Below are positions 1 through 13,099 of a stretch of 64,000 nt of DNA, one piece after another. A program made the position numbers and the translations under genes. A model generated the notes under the pieces. It ran no database searches and was not told the DNA's origin. It saw only the letters and a program-made list of their open reading frames with translations. Within the stretch, counting starts at the first letter, position 1; each line of letters opens with the position of its first letter. Source of the stretch: Heteronotia binoei (Eukaryota); NCBI RefSeq assembly GCF_032191835.1, contig NC_083238.1, positions 32,178,001-32,242,000 on the forward strand. The letters are read 5' to 3'.

Positions 1-1768
1 AGGACTGTAGGAGGACAGCTAGACTGATTAGGCAAAATACAGGTAGATGCAGATCTAAAAATTTTATTTATGCAACTACGTAACCCTGACTTGTCACATG
101 GTTCAAAGTGCAATCTTGAACAGCGTTACACCCTTTTAAGTCCATTGATGTTTCGGGCTGAACTGTCAATATACTATTGCATATGCTTTTCTCCAGAGTC
201 ATTCTGCATTTAGCACTCGCCTCCCTTCTGTACTCTTCACGGCAGCTCTTTCCCCCTGATTTTGGACTGGCATCTCTGCAGTGGGGCTGCGTGTTCCCTG
301 CTTGCTCCCTGCCCCGTGCATACTCTAGAGTCAAGTACGAGACCAGGACAAAGACTAATGAGGGAATCTCAGCACATTGTCCTGATCTTAGTCCATTGGA
401 GCTAACAAGATAGTGGCAGTGGCAGTGAGTAGAGTTCAGCTTTCAATTCACTGATGCCCAGGGTATTATCTGAGAGGTAAACTGACATTTCAGAGATATT
501 GACTTGGAAAAGAATTGCAGTTACCTGCCAAGAAGCAATATGATTTGAATTCTGTCATTTTCATGGCCACAAAGTACTATTGTTTAACTTCTGGGAAGAT
601 GCAATATTCTTAGCATAGGAAGACTTCCCTGATCAAAGATCCCCAGAGGATCCAAATGAAGAACTGCACATTTACAGAGCACTCCTAAGCAGTCTTGTAC
701 CCTTCTAAGTATACTGAAGTCCATGCAAACTGACTGTTCAGAATTGCCTATAGCTGGTGAAAGAAACCTTATTTCTTATTGTACTGAATCACAAGGTAAA
801 ATGGAAAATAAAATTTTAAAAATCCACTATGCTTCTAGTTCATGGATGGAACTTTTCTCCCTAGTGAATGACATCCCATCTAGAAATGCTGATGATGTCT
901 GTAATGAGTTTGCTAGTCACTGTATGGATCTGTTCTCTGATTTTCTGTGGTCTCATTAATTCCTTTCATTTCGTAGTGCATTATCATGCATTTTTATTTC
1001 ATGCTAAAGAGGCTGTAGCTACTAAGATTTATTAAACTCTGAATATTTCTGTGCTTTTAAAAAGAGGGCTTTTGGTTTGAACCACGTAACCATCAAACAG
1101 AAACTTTTTTTTTTTAACTCGGACTGATTTTTTTTTTTTTTTTGGTCTACATTTTTCACCATATTTAGTAAAAGATGACCAATTTATTTCATTATTACCT
1201 CATCTTTTTAAAACCAGTAACTAGCATTTGCTTCATGGTCTAAAAGATCTCTCTCTTTTTTCATTTTTGCTGCAATGGATAGACTTTATTTTTACATGTT
1301 AAATGTTATTTGATTATTGCAGGGATCATTTCCTAGAAAAAGAGCTCATTAGCAGAAATCATTTGCATATGCCACACAACCCTGACATCACCAGAAGGTG
1401 TCCTAAATTACATCAGCTCAGTTTCTACCTTAAAATGCTTCTTGAATTATAATGGTCATAATAAAACCTTACTCCCATCATACTTTTCCAATTACTTTCT
1501 CCTATGTGGCCACAGTGGCATGAGGAAGATTTCCATCTGTCTGCTTTATATGTTTTGGTTATTTTCCCATTTTTTTTCTGCGGGAAAATATTAGAAAATT
1601 TGTCAAAATTCTCACAGGGGGTTTGAACAATGGAGCCCAGAAGCAAGTTTTTTTTTGGGTGGGGGTGGGGGGAGTAAGAAAGAGCACAGTAAAATTTAAA
1701 GATTCCAGAGCTCTGCTCCTGTGAGCTCCTGCCCAAAATGAGGCCCGATTATTTGATTTATATTTTAT

Positions 1769-1857
1769 AGTGTCATCCTAAGCAGAGTCACTCCCATCTA
1801 AGTCTATTGAATCCAGTGGGCTTCAAAGGGTGTAACTCTACTTAGGGTGGCACTTGT
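1769..1857. mobile_element. ~90-bp palindromic MITE (related copies ~12990-13070, 19742-19822, 25988-26075)
   Basis: Imperfect palindrome atcctaagcagag...attgaa...ctctacttaggg; the same pattern recurs at several loci. Confidence 0.6.
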
Positions 1858-3312
1858 AGTTTAACAACTGTTGCCTCTAGTGATGGTCTGTCTACAGGAG
1901 CTACTCATTACAGTACACTAAAAGTCTTCAATGTGGCACCTATGGGTGCCATGGGACCTACCATTTTGTTTCTTGGTGCCCTCTTCTTTGTTCCCCAAGT
2001 ATCTGTGGGTTCAACAAGGTTTGAGACCCCTTCAAAATACAATACTGGGTTTGATGGACCAATGATCCAACTCCATATAAGGCAGCTCATTAGCAGAAGT
2101 CATTTGCATATGCCACAACCCTGACATGTGTCTCCAAGAGCTAGACCTGATGTTCAGATGAATCCTCTCCACACTACTTGGACGTTTCATTTGAACAAAG
2201 TTCTCATGGACAAGGACATTCCATTGCGCAGTGAACTATCACAAAGACGTGCAAAGGCAGAAAGTCTACTAACCACACCTCTGCTCTATTGCTCGGTATT
2301 TGTAAAAAGCTTTTAACCAAACACGTATTGCTCAACCCCCACAAGAGACATTCCTGAAACATGAATTACAGTCTGGCATGTGCTGTTCCCACAGCAGCTG
2401 CTATAGCTGACCAGATGATCATTGCAGGCAAAACGAAGCAGTTTCAAGCAATGATGGCTTGCCAGGTTTGGAATGACAGGGGATATGAGTGAAGGAATTG
2501 GAAGGGAATGGTAAGGCCCTGGGTTAACATTAAGCCGGGGTGGGGGGGGGGGAGGAGCTTCTTTGCTTTGGTAGTACTGATCTCCAAATATAAAAGGGCA
2601 ATACAATGTCTGTAAATGTCCTTTCCATTCTGTAGGGTGGTCGGTTACTGTAGTTCCTGACCCTGTGATTTCTAAATATATCCATCCTAAATAGAAACAA
2701 CGCTGTCAGTAGGCCTGGAGAATAAAGGTCTGTACTTTTAATAGAGGTTTAATGAGATGTTATTTCATCCACGCCATGAAAATTTTCAACTACCCACCCA
2801 TTGCCACACAGTAAACCTCTTTAAAGGAAGAGGAAATTTTTATCCAATTAAGGTGACAACCCTAAATATAAGAGCTATCAGAGCATCAACACTCTGGCGT
2901 GTGCAGAGGTCTTGCATACATCAGTACCACAGAGCATGTTCACACATCTGTGGAGTATGCAGGCTGGGTCTGAGTTCCTGCCCTGTGTCACGTGTAACAA
3001 TCACAGGAGTTGTGGATTATCCAATGCCTGATAAGGATCAGGACTGCAGTGCAGATGGAGAAGGGACTTCTCTGAAAACTGTTATGGGAGGGCTGTATGG
3101 GATTCATTGAGGGAACACTTGCAGGGCTTTTTTGTTGAGCAGGAATGCACAGGAATGCAAATAGTTCCCCAGGAGTGGGGAGAACTGGGCTAAAATCCCC
3201 CTCAGCAAGAAAGCTTACTGGATGACCTTAGACCAGTTACCAGCCCTTGGCCTAACCTACGTCTAGGGTTGCCAACAGGTTTGGAGAAGTGTCCTGTCCC
3301 TTTAATAGAGAC

Positions 3313-3808
3313 TAGGCTTCCCAATCCCCAGGTCCCAGCGGGGGATCCCCTGGTTTTACAGGCTTCCCCCCTCCCCCAGCCAGCTGGCTGGCGGGGGAAG
3401 CTCCACTCCCACAGCCATTATGCACCTCCAGGAACGATTCCCATAGGGAATGATGGGGAATTGATCCACGGGTGTCAGGGGCTCTGGGGGGGCTGTTTTT
3501 GAGGTAGAGATACCAAATTTTCCTTGTAGCATCTAGTGCCTCTCCCCAAAATACCTCCCAAGTTTCAAAAGGATTGGACCAGGGGGTCCAATTCTATGAG
3601 CCCCAAAAGAAGGTGCCCCTATTCTTCATTATTTTCTATGGAAGGAAGGCATTCTAAAAGGTGTGCTGTCCCTTTAAATGTGATGGCCAGAACTCCCTTG
3701 GAGTTCAATTATGCTTGTCACACCCTTGCTCCTAGCTCCGCCCCCAATGTCTCCTGGCTCCACCCCCAAAGTCCCCAGATATTTCTTGAATTGGACTTGG
3801 CAACCCTA
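3313..3808. mobile_element. hAT MITE (TAGGGTTGCC-type TIR), nested in a related MITE starting at 3264
   Basis: Ends taggcttccc / ggcaacccta; perfect 8-bp TSD atagagac (3305-3312, 3809-3816). Confidence 0.85.
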
Positions 3809-3842
3809 ATAGAGACTGCAGTGCATGGAAAGGTGCATCTGA

Positions 3843-4020
3843 AGCAGGGCTTTTTTTTAGCAGGAATGCACAGGAACGCAGTTCCGGCTGGCTTGGTGTC
3901 GAGGGGTGTGGCTTAACATGCAAATGAATTCCTGCTGGGCTTTTTCAACAAAAAAATCACTGTGTAAAACAATGGTGATATCAGAGTGTGTGGTCTAATA
4001 TGCAAATGAGTTCCTGCTGG
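3843..4020. mobile_element. hAT MITE fragment, CAGGGC-TIR family with ATGCAAAT-containing tandem units
   Basis: Starts cagggctttttt; units ending taatatgcaaatgagttcctgctggg are shared with many copies in the window. Confidence 0.75.
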
Positions 4021-4480
4021 GCCTCATCTGAAGCTTTTTATAGCCTGGAGGTAATATCCCACTATGCCTCTATTAAAGGGATGGGACTTTCCCCCCTAGC
4101 GAGTGACATCCCGCTATGCCTCTCTTCCAGGAATGGGGCCTTTTCCCCTTCCAGAAAGTTGGTATCCCTGCCTGCCTGCCTCACAGAATTTTTAAGGAGG
4201 GGGACTGAGGAGGTGAGAAGAACCATTTGTGCTGCTCTGAGTCTCAAGGAGGAAGAGTGAGATAAAAATATAATGGGTAGAGCTTCTTCTCCTCAATAGA
4301 TAGGAAAACTCCATGTTGCCTCCAACTCAGATCTTTGGATTGGAGCCACACAGAACAGCTAAGCACTGACATATTTGTTTGACTCACTGTTTCCCCCTGG
4401 ATTTGAATCTAAACAATGATGACCTTATAAACTTAGCTTGTTATGCCTGTTTGCATCTGTTGAAACATTTCATTACGTTA

Positions 4481-4730
4481 AGAGAGCCAGTTTGGTGTAG
4501 TGGTTAAGTGTGTGGACTCTTATCCGGGAGAACCGGATTTGATTCCCCACTCCTCCACTTGCACCTGCTGGAATGGCCTTGGGTCAGCCATAGCTATTGC
4601 AGGAGTTGCCCTCTCAGCCCCACCCACCTCACAGGTGTCTGTTGTGGGGGAAGAAGACATAGGAGATTGTAAGCTGCTCTGAATCTCTGATTCAGGGAGA
4701 AGGGCGGGGTATAAATCTGCAATTCTTCTT
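4481..4730 (+). mobile_element. Squam3-like (MIR/CORE-type, tRNA-derived) SINE
   Basis: Head agagccagtttggtgtagtggttaag (box A) and gatt/ccccactc (box B-like), L2-like tail ...gggcggggtataaat...cttctt. Confidence 0.8.
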
Positions 4731-5993
4731 GTATGTTTGTATGCTAATTTGCTGTGCAACCTCTGCCTAATATGCATAGACTGGAGAGTTTAATTTCACT
4801 TTGAGGACATGTGCCTGCACACAAAAGCTCACACTTTGAATAAAACTTGGCTGGACTTCCACTTTACTCACTAGAAGGAACTTTTAATGGTGTAGTGTCT
4901 TTCTAATCAAAGAAATGGGACTTTTCCTTTGTTCGGTTCTGTGTTTTAAAATTAGTAGCCCGGATGTTTATGAATTTCTGCATCACACAGGAATATAGTT
5001 ATGGATTTTCTACTTCTGCTATGATTGTTATTGCCTGTGTTGAATACTTGGGGGAACAGGAACATTAAACATTTAGATTAATAAATATAATCATGTTGGT
5101 GTGCATCTGATTTGCAAAGAGTTTTCCAGTGCACCTAGGCCTTTAAGAGTGAAAGATCAGGTGAGTAAGGTTGACAATGAGTTTATCACAGGTGATCTCA
5201 AAGCAGGTTACTGGACTAGGCACACTGCATGTCTGGTCTAGTCTGGGAATTCCAAGGTTCAATGTTCCAGCATGCCTGTCTGACTCAACTTTACAGGGCC
5301 TGATCAGAGACAAAAATGCGTTGTAACCATATTCATTAATGGAAAAGCAAGGGGGGGTGGGGCTCTCGCTTTGCAGCAGAGGCAGTGCCACTAATCAGCT
5401 TGGGTAAGTAGATTAAAGCTTGGCAGAAGGACTGCTATACCATCATGTAATTGAAAACAAATGTCTCGCTTCTGTACAAGAATGTTGAAAGATCAGGGAG
5501 AGAATCTCCCACAAGCAATACATATTTAAATTGACTCGTTGTAAAGGAAAGTTACCTAGCTTTGCATTGGAAAGACCAAAAGGAGGCCCCAGACGTGCAT
5601 CAGAGTGTGAGGCTTCTCTTGAGATACCCCAAAACGTACTATTAACATAATATGAGCATTTCTTTAATTTGGTGATGCTGGGAATCCCACAATGCCCATG
5701 CTTAGCAGAAGATTACTAGGATGACTTCAACTTGCTGAAGCAACTTTGTGTGCAGTCCACATTGCCATCATCTCAGGAAAAAAAATTGAGCATCCAAATA
5801 CTTTTCTTTTTTTTAAATAAGTGATACTAAAAGGGACCCTTCAGTCCCTCTCATACTATTTCTGGGCATGCCTGAATGTTGTTTATAAAAGACAGGAAGT
5901 ACAAGAGACATTTTTTAAAAAAATCAGATCTACATTCTTATTAAGGGCTGACCCAAGACATTTTCCTTTCCTGGTTAGCTGAAATGAGCAACT

Positions 5994-6522
5994 CAGGGCT
6001 TTCTTTGCATATTAAGCCACACACCCCTGATGTTGCCTGTAATGTACTGGGATCAGCACAGTAACAGACCAGAGTCGGAGAGTGATTTCAGCAAGCTTTA
6101 CTTCAGGAACACACGCACACAGACTGAGCTGTTCAAACTTCCCGCTCCTTTATACAATTCTTCCCCCCTTCTGATTGGTCCTTAACTATCTACATGGATT
6201 GGCTATTTACAGGGCCCTAAGGGCCTATCAGGGTACAGTATGAGCCTGGATGTTGATTGGCTACTTATGTTTCAATCCTTCCCCTGATTGGGCACGCTTA
6301 GGCCTTTTCTGGAACCCTGGTGTGGAGTTCAAGCTCTGGCTTGTTCGGCTTCCCTCCAAAAGTAACAGTTCTCCCATTTGAACCTAGGACACAACATTGC
6401 CAATTCTCCAAGAGCTTACAGGGCTCTTAGTACAGGACCTACTGTAAGCTCCAGGAGGACTGGCTACATCAGGGGGGTATGGCCTAATAGGCAACCGAGT
6501 TCCTGCTACAAATAAAGCCCTG
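5994..6522. mobile_element. hAT MITE (CAGGGC...GCCCTG) interrupted by a solo LTR
   Basis: TIRs cagggc (5994) and gccctg (6522); family-typical body resumes after the LTR. Confidence 0.75.
6038..6396 (-). mobile_element. Solo LTR (359 bp)
   Basis: TG...CA ends, 5-bp TSD ttgcc (6033-6037, 6397-6401); several CCAAT boxes and a TATA-like gtataa on the minus strand. Confidence 0.8.
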
Positions 6523-6654
6523 AGCAACCTGAAACTTGCACCATTCTGTTGCCACTACTGCTTTTTTTCAAAGGATCCTGGGAAGAATCTCTCAAACTTG
6601 TCACTCCCTACAATGACTTATAGTTGTCCAGTCAATTTGGCCCTACACATGTTC

Positions 6655-6960
6655 AGATGATAGAAGAAACATAGAGCTGGAAGGGGTCTCAAGGGCCATC
6701 TATTCTAAACCCCTGCACAACACATAACATTTAGAACTACCTCCTCCCCTCCCCCCCCCCACACTCTTCCAGTTACCCTGCTCTATGCATAGAGGAAGGT
6801 AAAAAATCTCCAGGATCTCTGGCCAACCTGGCCTGGAGGAAAATTCCTTCCTGATCTCAAAGTGGTGACGGGCATTACCTCTGGCATGTAAGAAAGGGTA
6901 AAGAGAGCCGAGCACTGGCTCATCCCTCCCTACCATCCCTCTCACAATCTGCCTAAACTA
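6655..6960 (-). mobile_element. CR1 LINE 3' fragment
   Basis: Reverse complement of a CR1-type 3' UTR end (ttgtgcaggggtt...ccttccagctctatg). Confidence 0.6.
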
Positions 6961-7140
6961 ATAGAATGAATAAAAAAACCACACTGTGAATAAAGGCTGC
7001 TCAACTTGTATTGAATAGTGTATACTCAACCTAAGTTTTATCCAAATAAAACTCTATATTAAAATCACTAAACCCATTTTTCTAGCATGAATCAAAGAAC
7101 AATCTCAAAAGTTTCAGTTTATATCAAATTTCAATTAGGA

Positions 7141-7268
7141 CAATAATAATGAAGTTCCAACTTGATAATAATAATGAACTTCCAACTTGATAATAATGAA
7201 TAATAACTTGACAATAATAATGAAGTTCCAATGAAGTAATAATTAAGTTCCAACTTGAAGTTCCAAGC
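7141..7268. repeat. Degenerate minisatellite (aataataatgaagttccaacttg units)
   Basis: Five to six rearranged copies of the unit are directly visible. Confidence 0.8.
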
Positions 7269-7414
7269 TAAATGTGATGAGCACCTAGGTTTCAACTTAT
7301 TTTGTCAATAATCTTCCTCAGAAGATGGTCAACTTTGAAGGTGTTTTCAATACAATTTCTTCCATGGAGTTGTCTGGAATCAATGTCGCTATAATATAGT
7401 GGGTTTTTAGGCAC

Positions 7415-7552
7415 TGAAGGCGTAGATGACTGGGGAAGGCAATGGCAAACCACCCCGTAAAAAGACTGCCATGAAAACGTTGTGAAAGCAACATCACCCC
7501 AGAGTTGGAAACGACTGGTGCTTGTACAGGGGACCTTTCCTTTTTCCTTAGG
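7415..7552 (+). mobile_element. Sauria SINE 3' part
   Basis: ggggaaggcaatggcaaaccacccc...gactggtgcttgtacaggggacctttcc, the BovB-related Sauria tail. Confidence 0.8.
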
Positions 7553-7934
7553 CATTGAAGAGGCGAGGTGGTAGTGATAACAAGCTCTTTATTGAGTACA
7601 GCGTGGTGGTGGCTGCACTAACTGAACTGAAGAAAGGAGCCCGCTGGGCCAACTATATACAACATTGGGTTCCCATGCTAGCATGTTATTGGGACATTCA
7701 AACCAGCAGGGGGTCTGTGATTGGAGCAGGGCAGTTGAGATTTGGATCCTACTGCCCATTGTTCCTAAATTCCCAAGCTCAGTCCTTCAGGCTCCAATAA
7801 GCCAGGCAGGAACACCATTTGGTAACACAAGATTCACATACATAACAGTCTCAAAGTGCCAAATTTATACAGGAAATAAACCACTCTCTGAATTCTCTTA
7901 ATGAGGCACAGAAGCCTTCCAACTCTGACAGTGT

Positions 7935-8270
7935 TTTTAGCTGAAGACTCTTTTGGTTTAATTTCAGTCCATTGGTTCTGAGGCAACAGAAAACAACTGC
8001 ACTATATGACAGCCCTTCAAATACTTGAAGATGGTCATCATATCACCTCTCAGTCATCGCCTCTTCAAGCTAAACATACCAGCTCCTTCAGCTTTTCTTC
8101 ATAGGACTGCTCACCATCTTTGTTGCCTCCTCTGGACACATTGCAGCTTTATATCCTCCTTAAACTGCAGTGCCCAAAACTGAACACAATACTACACGTG
8201 AGGTCTAATCAGAGCAGAGCAAAGTGATACTATCGCTTCACGTGATCTGGACACTATACTTCTATTCAGA
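7935..8270 (-). mobile_element. CR1 LINE fragment
   Basis: Minus strand encodes the CR1 C-terminal motif ...SIVSRSREAIVSLCSALIRPH.... Confidence 0.8.
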
Positions 8271-8271
8271 G

Positions 8272-8450
8272 CCTTTTTGGTAGAAAAAGACCAGCAGGAA
8301 CTCATTTGCATATTAGGCCACACCTCTGATGTCACCATTATTTCACATAGGACGTTTTTGTAGAAGGAGTCCATCATGGACTCATTTGCATATTAGGCCA
8401 CACCTCCTGATGCCAAGCCAGCCGGAACTGCGTTCCTGCTCAAAAAAAGT
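8272..8450. mobile_element. hAT MITE with two octamer-bearing units
   Basis: aggaactcatttgcatattaggccacac occurs twice (ATTTGCAT at 8304-8311 and 8384-8391). Confidence 0.75.
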
Positions 8451-10776
8451 CATGTTTCTATTGATGTAGCCCAAAATTGCATTTGCCTTTTAGCTGCTGG
8501 ATCACACTGCTGACTCAACAGTATATGGCCCATTAAGACCCCTCAATCCTTTTCCTAAGTACTACTTTTCCTAAGTACGATCCTTTTCCTAGGTGCCAAG
8601 ACAATTCTTTCCCCTCCTATAATTATACATTTGATTTTTAAGTACTCTAGGTACCAGGCCTATCTAATTATTAAAGAGAAGCCAGATTAGAGCAGGGATG
8701 GCTGGCAGCTTGCAAGAGGGCATCCAAATATATTCTTTTGCCTCTGCAATGTATCAAGATGGTGTTGCATACAAAGGGTTGCCTATGGCCCATCATGTCA
8801 ACGTCATTTACCACAAACACACTCTTACACAAACCTAGTCATTTCATAACATGAAACTAATAGGGTTGTGCCTGTTTGCATCCAATTTCATGTGAATTTT
8901 GGTGTCCTGCCCTGTGGAGTTCTGGATCTTGGACATTATATCCTGATATGCTCAGGAATTAGTAGAGTAATCCCATTTTCATGGTAGTGCAATCTTGCTT
9001 TTTGCCCATGTAGTTATAGATTTCATGGTGGATCACAAGCTATTTTTGTTGGAGAGTATTCAGGTCTATAAATTGTGTTCGGTAAAAGCTCTGAGCAGAG
9101 GGTTGGCAACTGGCCCAGAGGGGAAGAAAACCTGTCCCTTTAATAAACGCTTAATGAGATGTTAACTACCAGTTGATGCTATTGACATCCTTACCATGAA
9201 GAGTCTCAGCTGCCCATTTCCACACATTAGGCCTCTATTAAAAGGGCAAGGCATTTTTCTCCAGGCCAGTTAGCAACCCTTGAGACTTATTCTGTTAGCA
9301 GATGGAGATTTAGGCCAGCCGTATTGGTTCATAACATAGTTCTTTGGATGGAGATATTCAGTAAGATACTTCGCAAAAGATACTTGCTATAGAACTGACC
9401 TTGGGCTAGTCTAAGTGACTTCACAGGAGCATTGTGGAGTGGGAAGACTCCTTCTTCAGAGGAAGAATGCGATGGATTCTCCAGTCATGTGTTAGCTTGT
9501 TAGTGAAAAGGCATTTGCAGAGAAGAGTTGGCAAGTGTGTGTGTGTGTATGTGCCATCAAGCTACTTCTGACTTAGGGTGGACCTAAGAATGAATGAATG
9601 AACTCCAAAACATCTCAGCAGCTGCCGCCTTGCTCACAGGTCCTGCAAACTGCCCATTGGCAAGTAGCTGAATGCACAATTCTTTCTCCACCCACTGACC
9701 CTCCTCAGCAACCTGTGCTTCAGCAGGATTCCCCCATTTTCTGTAGAAGGCTCTGAAATCAGAAATAAGCACATCAGGGAACGGGGTGGGGAAGGTTGGA
9801 GGAAATGTTGTACATAAATTGGTGGTCAGGGAAGGGTTAAGCACTCTAGCTCACTCTCAGGCTGCAGTCAGGCGAGCAGTTTGATACAGTTTTCTTGTGA
9901 ATTTAAAGTGTATGAACAGACAGTGACATTTGCCTTCCATTTCCCAGTCATTAGCACCCCATTCTGATCCACCTTCAAAGCAGAGTTATTAGGTACCTGG
10001 TCATTACAGATATCAGCACTTTTACCCTGTGTTCCCAGATGTTTGAACTTCCTTGTTGGGAACTGAAACCGGTTGGGAAGTGTGAACTTTCAGGTGCATC
10101 TCTGCCTTTATTCCCACCCCCCTCCCAAGTTTTTGGCTATGCGCACCCATAACATTTAAAAAGCCACATCCAGACAGCACACTTCATGGTGGATGCAAAG
10201 CACTAATCTGGACAATTGAACACGGGTGAGCAAGTGATAGGTGAAGCCACCCCAGAGTGTGCTCCCTGATCAAACCTTCTGGGTACAACTTAAATTGGTG
10301 CAATTAGAGTTGCAGCCAGACCACACCAAGCTTGTCATGTGACCACAGTCTCAGTCTCACTTGTAAAATCCCCACCTCCTCCTGCACTGGATCTGAACAG
10401 CCCTTCCACTCAATCTGATCCCATTTCCCTCCCTTACTACAGGCCCCATTCCACATGTGCACATCCCATGGTGCTCAGCATAGGCTTTTTGTTTGTGTGT
10501 GACCAAAGAGGGGACTTCTTTTCACCTGAAAAATGGTTGGAACAAGGGTTGCCAGCTGCCTGGAGAGAGAGAAAATGTCCTTTTCCTTCAAAAGAAACTT
10601 ATTCTGTGGAAATGGCAGTCAAGGCTTTTCATGGCATGGAGAAAAATAGCACAATCTGGTGAATAACATCCCATCAAGCCTCTTATTAAGGGGGAAAGAT
10701 ATTTTTTAGTTCGGGCAGTTGGCATGATCCAACCCCATGTATTACCACTAACTAGCACACATGTATTTATTGCTTG

Positions 10777-10777
<1 letters not shown>

Positions 10778-10815
<38 letters not shown>

Positions 10816-12787
10816 TTTTATTTATATCCCACCCTCCCCGCCGAAGCAGGCTCAGGGCGGCTAACAGCATTAAATCAGCACAATAGGTTATACAATAATA
10901 TTTAAAAACAATAACTAATTAACAATTTAATTAAAATTCTAAAATTGATAAAATTAACATCGTGGTGCTATTTCAGCAGTTGGTAAAAATCACTTAAGCA
11001 GTCTCTCTATCTTTTAATCGGTGAAGGCCATCCTGAAGAGGATGGTCTTGCAGGCCCTGCAGAACTGTTCAAAGTCCCGTAGGTCCCGCACTTCTTCCGG
11101 GAGCTGGTTCCATAGGTGTGGAGCTACAATGGAGAAAGCCCGCGTGCGGGTACTCTGTAGTTTTGTTTCCTTCGGCCCAGGGATAGTCAGCAGGTTCTTC
11201 CCTGCTGACCTCAGTGCTCTTTGGGGTTCATATGGGGAAAGACGGTCCCTCAGGTAGGCAGGTCCTCGGCCATATAGGGCTTTAAAGGTAATAACCAGCA
11301 CTTTGTAGCGAATCCGGTATGTAACTGGCAACCAGAGCAGTCCGCGCAGCCCTGGCTGTATGTGCTCCCATTTTGGGAGCCCTCGTAACAGCCTAGCCGC
11401 CGCATTCTGCACCAGCTGCAGTTTCTTGGTTCGGCACAGAGGCAGCCCCATGTAGAGGGCATTACAGTAATCCAGTCTCGAGGTGACCATTGCATGAATC
11501 ACTGTTGCTAGGTCCCGGCGCTCTAGGAAGGGGGCCAACTGCCTTGCCCGCCTTAGATGGAAGAAGGCTGACTTAGCAGTGGCTGCTATCTGGGCCTCCA
11601 TTGATAGTGAAGACTCCAGTAGAACTCCCAAGCTCCTGACCCGGGAGAGGTATTTCCCTCCCCAGAGTGCCCCGACCCATGCAAAGGACTACTGTCTTTG
11701 CTGGATTCAGCTTCAACCCACTCAGCCTTAGCCAAGTTGCCACGGCCTGCAGTGCCAGGTCTAAATTCCCTGGGACGCAGCCAGGCCGGCCATCCATTAG
11801 CAGATAGAGCTGGGTGTCATCTGCATATCAGTGACACCCAAGCCCGTACCTCCGGGCAATCTGGGCAAGGGGGCGCATATAGATATTAAATAGCATCGGT
11901 GAGAGAACTGCTCCCTGGGGCACCCCACAATCTAGTGTGCGCCTCTGGGACAGCTCACCCCCAATTGCCACCCTTTGTCCCCGATCCTCGAGGAAGGAGG
12001 AGAGCCATTGTAAAGCCAACCTCCTAACCCCTACGTCGGCGAGGCGGCAGGTCAGTAGCCGATGGTCGACCGTGTCGAACGCAGCCGACAGATCTAACAG
12101 AATCAGCACCGCCACACCACCTCGATCCAGATGCCACTGGAGGTCATCCGCCAAGGCGACCAGCACTGTCTCCGTCCCGTGACCTGGACGAAAGCCGGAC
12201 TGGCAAGGGTCTAGGACGGAAGCGTAATCCAGAAAACCCTGTAACTGCAACGCCGCTGCCCTCTCAATAGTTTTACCTAAAAACGGTAAATTAGAAACCA
12301 GTCGGTAGTTTGCCAATTCGGCCGGATCTGCTATACTTTTTTTCAGGAGGGGATGGACCATAGCCTCTTTCAAGGGGGTTGGAAAACGCCCCTCCAGGAG
12401 GGATCTATTTATGATGTCCCGTAAAGGACATCTAAGCTCCCTCTGGCAAGATTTAATTAGCCAAGAGGGGCACGGGTCCAGATCGCAAGTTGCTGGGCGT
12501 GCAGAGGAGAGAATTCCATCAACTTCCTCCAGGCTGAGTGGGTTGAAGTGGTCCAGAACTAAACCGGAAGACAGGCATGGAGCCTCCAGTTCATGTACTG
12601 TATCCAATGTGATGGGCAAGTCCTGGTGGAGCCACGTGATTTTGTCTGCAAAAAATTTCGCAAAAGCCTCGCAGCCTATTTCTAATTCTCTAACATTTGG
12701 TCTGCCTTGATGCAGTGTAGTTAAGTATCCGATTATTCTAAACAATTGTGCCGGGCGCGAATTTGCAGACGCAATCCTGGCCAATCC
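10778..12787 (-). mobile_element. L2-clade LINE, 5'-truncated, RT disrupted
   Basis: ORFs 11828-12904 and 11014-11631 carry RT motifs (LDLSAAFDTVDH, GVPQGAVLSPMLFNIY, YADDTQL) and the L2 motif RLDYCNALY. (ATTG)n tail at 10778-10813; 8-bp TSD ttgcttgt (10770-10777, 12788-12795). Confidence 0.92.
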
Positions 12788-13099
12788 TTGCTTGTGCAAC
12801 ATGAGGATCATGGAATACCAGCTGCATGGGGGGCAAGAACAGGGGGATCCTGTGTTCTCATTCTCTTCTTTGGGGTTTCCCAGGGGCATCTGATTGACCA
12901 CCATAGGAGACAGGATACTGAACTAGATGGACCCTTGATTTGATCTAGCAGCTCCATCCCTTGACAGATGCACATTGTAGAGACTGGCTGCAGTCCTAAG
13001 GACACTTTCCTGAGAGTAAGCCCTATTGAATGGCAGGGGGTTTACTTCTAAGTAGACCTTAGGATTGCTCCCTAAATCACTATATGGAGCTCAGTATAC

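Noticed and set aside
1-3000. Possible last exons or 3' UTR of PDK1, the upstream neighbour in human
   Set aside because: No PDK1 C-terminal peptide is recognisable; T-rich tracts and an AATAAA alone are not evidence.
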